This document shows, piece after piece, positions 48,168 to 53,790 of a stretch of DNA of 53,790 nucleotides (the first letter of the stretch is position 1; the number at the start of each line of letters is the position of its first letter). Source of the stretch: Candidatus Omnitrophota bacterium (lineage in GTDB: Bacteria > Omnitrophota > Gorgyraeia > Gygaellales > Profunditerraquicolaceae); contig JBDRMO010000030.1 in the NCBI GenBank assembly GCA_043812095.1, positions 1 through 53,790 on the forward strand, in the 5' to 3' direction. Made by a program: the position numbers and the translations under genes. The notes below the pieces were generated by a model, which searched no databases, had not been told where the DNA came from, and saw nothing but the letters and a program-made list of their open reading frames with translations.

Positions 48168-48848
48168 ATGAAAGCAGAGAAGATAAGGGAAGCGAAAGAG
48201 TTAAGAAGGCGTGGCTGGTCTGTTAGGGCTATTGCGCAGCAAATACATTGCTCTAAGAGCTCAGTTAGTATTTGGGTGAGAGATATACCTCTTACCACTC
48301 AACAGATAGAGAGGCTCAAAGTAGCCCAAGATAGAGGAAGGGCAAGGGCCGCAAATCACCCAAATAGTTCAAAATACAGATGGGAAAGAATCCGCCAAGA
48401 GATAATTAATACTACGAAGGCGGAGATTCCCAAAGAATACTCCTTAGAGAACTTAAAATGTATAGGCGCTTCTTTGTATTGGGCTGAAGGTTATAACGCT
48501 TCTATAAATTCATTCGTATTTGCCAATAGCGATAGTGTTATGATAAGATTAATGATGAAGTTCCTTAGAGAAATATGTAGTATTCCTTCAGGTAAATTAC
48601 GAGGTCGAGTTAATATACATCCACATTTAGATATTAAAAAATCTGAAAAATACTGGTCAGAGATTAGCGGGATTCCTTTATCGCAATTTCATAAGCCCCT
48701 TTTATCGATAAGCAAGGCTAGCAAGCAAAAGAGGAAGACGTTGCCACATGGAACTTTTCGGATAGTCATTTCGGATGTTCATTTATGCAGTAGAATCAAG
48801 GGGTGGATTCAGGGGTTGAAAGATTGGGCGATTGGCTCAGTTGGTTAG
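48168..48848 (+). CDS. HTH plus LAGLIDADG-like (homing-endonuclease-like) protein
   Basis: N-terminal helix-turn-helix RRGWSVRAIAQQIHCSKSSVSIWV. A central GASLYWAEGYNA...FVFANSDSVMIRLMMKFL resembles a LAGLIDADG core with Glu. The last 23 nt lie inside tRNA-Val. Confidence 0.4.
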   Translation: MKAEKIREAKELRRRGWSVRAIAQQIHCSKSSVSIWVRDIPLTTQQIERLKVAQDRGRARAANHPNSSKYRWERIRQEIINTTKAEIPKEYSLENLKCIGASLYWAEGYNASINSFVFANSDSVMIRLMMKFLREICSIPSGKLRGRVNIHPHLDIKKSEKYWSEISGIPLSQFHKPLLSISKASKQKRKTLPHGTFRIVISDVHLCSRIKGWIQGLKDWAIGSVG

Positions 48849-48902
48849 AGCGTTGCGCTTACATCGCAAAGGTCACAGGTTCGAATCCTGTATCGCCCAC
48901 CA
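48826..48902 (+). tRNA. tRNA-Val (UAC), CCA encoded
   Basis: Acceptor GGGCGAT/ATCGCCC, anticodon stem TTGCG/CGCAA with loop CTTACAT, T arm ACAGG-TTCGAAT-CCTGT, then ACCA. Confidence 0.9.
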
Positions 48903-48958
48903 TAAATTTTTATTGCAACGCCCAATATTTTAGGGTACAATTTACATCTTATCTTTCT

Positions 48959-49036
48959 GGGCCCGTGGTGTAGTCTGGTTAACATGTCAGATTGTCGATC
49001 TGAAGATCGCGAGTTCAAATCTCGTCGGGCCCGCCA
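48959..49036 (+). tRNA. tRNA-Asp (GUC), CCA encoded
   Basis: Acceptor GGGCCCG/CGGGCCC, anticodon stem TCAGA/TCTGA with loop TTGTCGA, T arm GCGAG-TTCAAAT-CTCGT, then GCCA. Confidence 0.9.
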
Positions 49037-49411
49037 GTCTTCGCTCAGCACTTAACGTGCAGAGCTTCGCCTGGCTTACGCCAAAATATGCATTGCGTAT
49101 ATATTCTCACCAGCAAAAAAGACAAAAGAAAATTTTATGTAGGTTATACTAATAATCTTCAAAGGCGTCTAGTAGATCACAAAAATCCACCGAAAAATTC
49201 TTACACACATAGATACGGCCCTTGGGCATTAGAGACATATAGTGTATTTTCTGAGAGAAGATTAGCGAAAGCATTTGAGGTATATCTCAAGAGTCATTCT
49301 GGCAGAGCCTTTTTGAGGCGGAGACTAGCAGTTGTATCGTAGAAATCCGGCGTAGCCGTCAGAACTTTTTTGTTTATTATAAGGCGCAGCCGGATCGTCG
49401 GGCCCGCCAGT
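49022..49411 (+). mobile_element. about 0.37-kb insertion at the tRNA-Asp 3' end, bounded by 17-bp direct repeats, carrying a GIY-YIG gene
   Basis: TCGTCGGGCCCGCCAGT occurs at 49022-49038 (the 3' end of tRNA-Asp plus GT) and again at 49395-49411. No integrase is present. Confidence 0.6.
49088..49342 (+). CDS. GIY-YIG nuclease-family protein (small, UPF0213-like)
   Basis: 84 aa, VYILTSKKDKRKFYVGYTNNLQRRLVDH, which gives the GIY..YIG and Arg motif spacing. Confidence 0.75.
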   Translation: MHCVYILTSKKDKRKFYVGYTNNLQRRLVDHKNPPKNSYTHRYGPWALETYSVFSERRLAKAFEVYLKSHSGRAFLRRRLAVVS

Positions 49412-49418
49412 TAATCCC

Positions 49419-49447
49419 TTGACGGCTTAATATTTTATTGTTAAAAT
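49419..49447 (+). promoter_or_regulatory. candidate promoter of the lipoprotein/desulfurase/radical-SAM cluster
   Basis: TTGACG (49419-49424), 17-nt spacer, TAAAAT (49442-49447). AAGGAGG precedes ATG 49498. Confidence 0.45.
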
Positions 49448-49497
49448 AATTAATTCGTTAAAATAAACTATTTTATTAAAAGAAAAGGAGGTGCTCT

Positions 49498-50115
49498 ATG
49501 AGCAAGAAGCAGATTTGTCTTCTTTTGGGAGTATTTATGCTGAGCAGTTTGTTCTCGGGCTGTACCTATTTAAAGAATAGGGGTAATGACGCTATGGATA
49601 TGTTTGACACAGGGATTATCCTTACCTCAAAACCAAACTTTGCCCTTTATACAGATCTAGGCATGGTGCTTCCGATGGGCTTTAGCCATATTGATGGAAA
49701 ATTAATAGGAATCGGCAGGAGTAATTTTGGAGTACATGATTTTCGGCTGAATGGATATGGTTATGTAATCGGTGGGAAAATGCAGCGGGGAGTTGATAAT
49801 TACAATCCTGATGATCCTAATGATCCTCCGACCTATCCTGTCGGTATCCCAGCCCTTATGGACGGAACACACATGGCCAGTATTGACCCTGGCAGATATG
49901 AAGAGCGCCCTAAGACAAGATATACTTGCCCAAAGGTAATTCATTTAGGCTGGATAGGTTTTGATTTCGGATGTAAGCTTTGGGATATGCTTGATTTCAT
50001 ATTAGGGTGGACTACGCTTGATATCGGCGAAGATGATGTTGCTGGAGTCCAGGCGCACGCAAGCTCTGAATATTCGATTAAAGAACCGATGGATGACGCA
50101 TCTGTAATGAAGTAG
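49498..50115 (+). CDS. lipoprotein, function unknown
   Basis: Signal peptide with lipobox LFSGC (MSKKQICLLLGVFMLSSLFSGC); 205 aa. Confidence 0.6.
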   Translation: MSKKQICLLLGVFMLSSLFSGCTYLKNRGNDAMDMFDTGIILTSKPNFALYTDLGMVLPMGFSHIDGKLIGIGRSNFGVHDFRLNGYGYVIGGKMQRGVDNYNPDDPNDPPTYPVGIPALMDGTHMASIDPGRYEERPKTRYTCPKVIHLGWIGFDFGCKLWDMLDFILGWTTLDIGEDDVAGVQAHASSEYSIKEPMDDASVMK

Positions 50116-50119
50116 GATT

Positions 50120-51538
50120 ATGCAGCTATCGAATGCCCCTAGAATATCAATTGAACAGATTCGCAGTAAAATCACAGGGCTGGAAAAAGAAGTTCCTCTG
50201 ATTACCGGTGGATCGCGTCCCTACATTAACTTCGATAACGCCGCCACTACGCCCTCTTTCAAATCAGTGATTGAAAAAATTACGCAGTTTAGTGAATGGT
50301 ATGCCAGCGTGCATCGGGGAACCGGTTTTAAGTCTCAGCTATCCACGCATATATATGAAAATTGCCGCAAAAAAGTTATGCAGTTTGTGGGCGCAGACAG
50401 CAAAGACCACGTAGCGATCTTTACCAGTAATACCACCTGCGCAATAAATAACGTCTGTCAGCATATCGAATTAAAGGATAACGAAGTAATCCTGGTTACG
50501 ATAGTAGAGCACCATTCGAACATGTTGCCCTGGAGGGTGAACTGTCCTGTCGAATACGTTGACATGTTTGATGCTGAAGGCAATTTTAGCAGCAATAAGC
50601 TCGAAGAGAAATTACGCAGCAGTAAGAAGAAGGTCCGTCTGGTAGCGATAACCGGAGCTTCCAATGTAACGGGGTGCATACCGCCGATTAAAGAGGTCTC
50701 CGGCATAGTGCATAAGTACGGGGCAGAGCTTTTGCTAGATGCAGCGCAATTGATTGCCTGCCGGCCCGTAGAGATGCTTTCATTGGATAGCCCAGAGAGA
50801 ATAGATTATCTTGTATTCAGTGCTCATAAAATGTATGCGCCATTCGGCGTAGGGGTAATTATCGGTCCGCGCAAGACTTTTATCTCCGGCCGGCCTTATA
50901 TCGTCGGAGGAGGTACGGTAGATTTAGTTACATTGGATGATATAGAATGGACAGATGCTCCTGAGCGGGATGAGCCGGGAACGCCGAATCTTATCGGAGT
51001 AGTGGCATTAGCCGAGGCAATAGCAGGATTGGGTAAGATCGGCTGGGATTTTATTGTCAGGCATAACCGTTTTTTAACCAAGAAGTTGCTGGAGGAATTA
51101 AGAAAGCTGTCTGGGATCACCATCTATGGTAAGTGTGATCCGGATTGCCCGGTTGATCGGGCGGGAGTGGTTACATTTAATGCCCAGGGTATTTCGCATG
51201 CCCTGCTGGCAGCAGTCTTAGGATATGAATGGGGCATCGGTGTGCGTAACGGCTGTTTTTGCGCGCAGCCTTATGTAACAAAACTATTGGGATTAGATCA
51301 GGTAGCAGTGGCAAATTATGCAGAGCAGATTAGGAAGGGCAATTGGAGTAAGGTTCCCGGTATGGTGAGGGCGAGTTTTGGGATCTATAATACCGAGGAG
51401 GAGATAGATTATTTTATCCAAGCGCTTACTTCGATATTGGAGAAAGGTGCCCAAGCTTCATATACGATGAATCCTCAGACAGGAGAGTATTCTCCGGAGG
51501 AAAGAGCGTCGGATTTTGATCAGTACTTTTCTGTTTAA
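50120..51538 (+). CDS. class V aminotransferase, SufS/CsdA-like cysteine desulfurase
   Basis: 472 aa with NFDNAATT, HHSN, SAHKMYAPFG (PLP lysine), and RNGCFCAQPY resembling the SufS active-site loop R.GHHCA.P. Confidence 0.7.
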   Translation: MQLSNAPRISIEQIRSKITGLEKEVPLITGGSRPYINFDNAATTPSFKSVIEKITQFSEWYASVHRGTGFKSQLSTHIYENCRKKVMQFVGADSKDHVAIFTSNTTCAINNVCQHIELKDNEVILVTIVEHHSNMLPWRVNCPVEYVDMFDAEGNFSSNKLEEKLRSSKKKVRLVAITGASNVTGCIPPIKEVSGIVHKYGAELLLDAAQLIACRPVEMLSLDSPERIDYLVFSAHKMYAPFGVGVIIGPRKTFISGRPYIVGGGTVDLVTLDDIEWTDAPERDEPGTPNLIGVVALAEAIAGLGKIGWDFIVRHNRFLTKKLLEELRKLSGITIYGKCDPDCPVDRAGVVTFNAQGISHALLAAVLGYEWGIGVRNGCFCAQPYVTKLLGLDQVAVANYAEQIRKGNWSKVPGMVRASFGIYNTEEEIDYFIQALTSILEKGAQASYTMNPQTGEYSPEERASDFDQYFSV

Positions 51539-51552
51539 ATACAATAAAAGTT

Positions 51553-53082
51553 ATGGCTAATTTAGGCGTATGTAACAAGTGTAAAAAATCAGTTCCGGTA
51601 AAACATTTTCAGAAGGACGGTAAAGAGTATCTGGAAAAACTCTGTCCTGATTGCGGAACTGTGTCTTCATTGATTTCCAATGATGCCAAGCAGTATAATC
51701 GCAAAAGAGACTTTATGGCTGACCGGCATTATCCTGGATGCCATATGGATTGCCTTAGTAATTGCACTCATAGAGACCCCAACATTATTTTTATCGAGAC
51801 CACCAACCGCTGCAATATGAATTGTCCGATCTGTATTACTAATGTCCCATCAATGGGCTTTCAGTTTGAGCCGCGCCTGGAGTTTTTTGAGCGGATATTC
51901 AGCCATTACGCAAAATTCGAGCGGCCGCCTTCCGTACAACTGTTCGGCGGAGAACCCACGATGAGAGAAGACCTTCTGGATATTATTAAGCTCGCCAAAT
52001 CCTATGGGCTCTCGATACGCCTGGTGACCAACGGATTAAAGCTCTCTGATAAGGCCTACGCAGAGAAGATTATGGCCAGCGGCGCTGCGATATTGATTGC
52101 TTTTGACGGCCTAAAAAGAGAGATGTACCAGAAGTTAAGAAACTTTCCTGAGTCATTAGATATAAAATTAAAGGCGTTAGAGAATCTTACCCATCATAAG
52201 CGCAGGAAGGTTGTGCTGATGACCGTTGTTGATAAAAACATAAATGGCGATGATATGCCGAACTTTCTCGATTACTGTTTAAAGAACCGGCATATCCGTG
52301 GAATATTCCTTATGCCTTTGACTCAGGTATGGTCAGACGAGAGGCTAGAGTATAAACCCGAGAGGACCACGCAAGAGGATGTAGAAAATATCGTCAAGAA
52401 TGCAATCGGAGGCAAGACAGAGTTTGTTCCTTTGGGTTCATGGGAATTTCAGAATATAGCAAAAGTCTTTAAGCAAACCTTGATGCCCTTTACCGGAGTG
52501 CATCCGAATTGCGAAAGCTTCACTTATCTTATCCCGCGCGGGAATAAATATGTTTCCATATCCGATTATTTGAAGTTCGGCTTATTCTCGCTAGTTGCTG
52601 ATCTAAGAGCGATGGATAAAAAGATAGAACCCTATACCTTAAAAGGCGGTATCGGCAAATGGCATAAATTCAAAGTGCAACTGGCGTTAGTAACAATGCT
52701 GTTTAAACATATAGATTTAACTGCTGTGATCGGTAAAAGAGGGTTACCTGCGCTCATCGCATGGATACGTTTTTTTGGGAAACTTCTCTGTGGCCGGAAA
52801 TTTATTGAGGTTCTTAGTGCAGAGACTACCTTAACAGATATCAGAGGGGCATTACAGATTTTATTACTGCCTTTTGAAGATGATGATATCCTGGAGAGTT
52901 CCCGCTTAGAGAAATGCGCTTCCTGTTTTGCCTATATTGACGTAAAGAGCGGTTTGGTGAAATCTATACCTTTTTGTATCTGGGAAAAATATAAAAAACC
53001 GATTATGAAAGAGATTGCCGAAGAATATAATAAAGAGGGCTACACCAAGGGATTATCATCAAAGAAAGCAGCTTGTTCATGA
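51553..53082 (+). CDS. radical SAM protein with N-terminal rubredoxin-like CxxC..CxxC module (Tes/GDGT-MAS-like architecture)
   Basis: 509 aa. Cysteines are C7-x2-C10...C31-x2-C34, then C63-x3-C67-x3-C71. Radical SAM motif is TTNRCNMNCPIC (C87-x3-C91-x2-C94). C-terminal cysteines are CASC...C. Confidence 0.7.
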   Translation: MANLGVCNKCKKSVPVKHFQKDGKEYLEKLCPDCGTVSSLISNDAKQYNRKRDFMADRHYPGCHMDCLSNCTHRDPNIIFIETTNRCNMNCPICITNVPSMGFQFEPRLEFFERIFSHYAKFERPPSVQLFGGEPTMREDLLDIIKLAKSYGLSIRLVTNGLKLSDKAYAEKIMASGAAILIAFDGLKREMYQKLRNFPESLDIKLKALENLTHHKRRKVVLMTVVDKNINGDDMPNFLDYCLKNRHIRGIFLMPLTQVWSDERLEYKPERTTQEDVENIVKNAIGGKTEFVPLGSWEFQNIAKVFKQTLMPFTGVHPNCESFTYLIPRGNKYVSISDYLKFGLFSLVADLRAMDKKIEPYTLKGGIGKWHKFKVQLALVTMLFKHIDLTAVIGKRGLPALIAWIRFFGKLLCGRKFIEVLSAETTLTDIRGALQILLLPFEDDDILESSRLEKCASCFAYIDVKSGLVKSIPFCIWEKYKKPIMKEIAEEYNKEGYTKGLSSKKAACS

Positions 53083-53098
53083 GCAGAGGGGAGAAAAG

Positions 53099-53790
53099 AT
53101 GACAATGAATATGGGGATGTGTGATAGATGCAGAAAAGTCGTGCCTGTCACTCACCACCAAAAAGACAACAAAGAGTATTTACATAAGCATTGCCCTGAT
53201 TGCGGCAAGGTAGAGACACTGGTTTCTAACGACGCAACTAAATACCGAAGCAAAAGAGAGTTTCTCTCTGAGCATAAATATCAGGGATGCCATATGTCAT
53301 GTCTTGACTGTATGCATAAGGTGCCAAACATCGTTTTTGTCGAAACCACCAACCGCTGCAATATGAATTGTCCGATCTGTATTACCAATGGTCCCTCAAT
53401 GGGTTTTCAGTTTGAGCCGCGCCTGGAGTTTTTTGACCGGATATTTAAGTATTGTTCCCAGCTTGAGCATCCTCCTTCAATCCAGTTGTTCGGAGGTGAG
53501 CCCACAGTGCGTGAGGATATGTTTGAGATTATCGAGCTTGCAAAATCCTACGGCCTGATTGTACGTATTGCCACTAATGGCTTGAAAATGGCGGATAAGG
53601 CGTACGCTCAAAAGGTAATCGATAGCGGAGCCACTGTGCTGATCGCCTTCGATGGCTTTAAAAAAGAGATGTATGCCGAGTTACGCGCGCATCCGGAGGC
53701 ACTGGGATTCAAGCTCAAAGCATTAGAAAATCTTTCTGGGCATCAGAATGGAAAAGTAGTGTTGATGTCCGTAATTGATAAGCAGATTAA
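53099..53790 (+). CDS. second, tandem radical SAM paralogue (3' end runs off the window)
   Basis: Not in the track because no stop lies in the window. ATG 53099 follows GAGGGGAG. Product reads MTMNMGMCDRCRKV...CPDCG...TTNRCNMNCPICITN...LFGGEPTVRED, collinear with the upstream paralogue. Confidence 0.8.
   Translation, partial: MTMNMGMCDRCRKVVPVTHHQKDNKEYLHKHCPDCGKVETLVSNDATKYRSKREFLSEHKYQGCHMSCLDCMHKVPNIVFVETTNRCNMNCPICITNGPSMGFQFEPRLEFFDRIFKYCSQLEHPPSIQLFGGEPTVREDMFEIIELAKSYGLIVRIATNGLKMADKAYAQKVIDSGATVLIAFDGFKKEMYAELRAHPEALGFKLKALENLSGHQNGKVVLMSVIDKQI

Noticed and set aside
48845-49051. Track ORF 48845-49051 (-)
   Set aside because: It runs antisense through tRNA-Val and tRNA-Asp, so it is spurious.

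Overview
About 54 kb of a compact, moderately AT-rich bacterial chromosome around the replication origin. I cannot place the lineage from sequence alone; it is probably uncultivated. Many genes join through ATGA or TAATG overlaps. Minus-strand left arm: pheS (partial), an OB-fold membrane protein, trkH with two trkA genes, rplT-rpmI-infC-thrS, a tRNA Val-Leu-Cys array, coaC, rpoZ, gmk, yicC, ndk, parB-parA and jag(N-domain only)-yidC-yidD-rpmH. A 211-bp spacer with a promoter and three DnaA boxes follows. Plus strand: dnaA-dnaN-DUF721-gyrB-gyrA, tRNA-Glu, a polytopic membrane protein, glmS and rsmI. Next is a Bacillus-style pyr operon (PyrR attenuator, pyrR-pyrB-pyrC, carA-carB, pyrK-pyrD-pyrF) interrupted by an EndoQ-like nuclease, a flavodoxin, tRNA-Arg, a LOG-like protein, fpg, a secreted protein and a half-size TSUP protein. 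Then comes a V-type ATPase operon (E-DUF2764-A-B-D-I-K). The accessory tail holds an HTH/LAGLIDADG-like gene, tRNA-Val, tRNA-Asp with a GIY-YIG insertion, and a lipoprotein / SufS-like desulfurase / two tandem radical-SAM cluster that runs off the window. Main observations: (1) three housekeeping genes are interrupted: gyrA by an in-frame TGA before a conserved last blade, pyrK by a 7-bp tandem duplication, and yicC by a 1-nt homopolymer frameshift; (2) CarA has lost its whole glutaminase triad; (3) a recurring intergenic hairpin element with an AACTTAC core has conserved ends and variable stems; (4) short tandem repeats of 7 and 8 bp lie inside or next to coding regions; (5) 17-bp direct repeats of the tRNA-Asp 3' end bracket the GIY-YIG gene; (6) the tandem radical-SAM pair has a rubredoxin-like N-terminus, a Tes/GDGT-MAS-like architecture and a gene-conversion tract. 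No CRISPR array, rRNA, integrase or transposase was seen.
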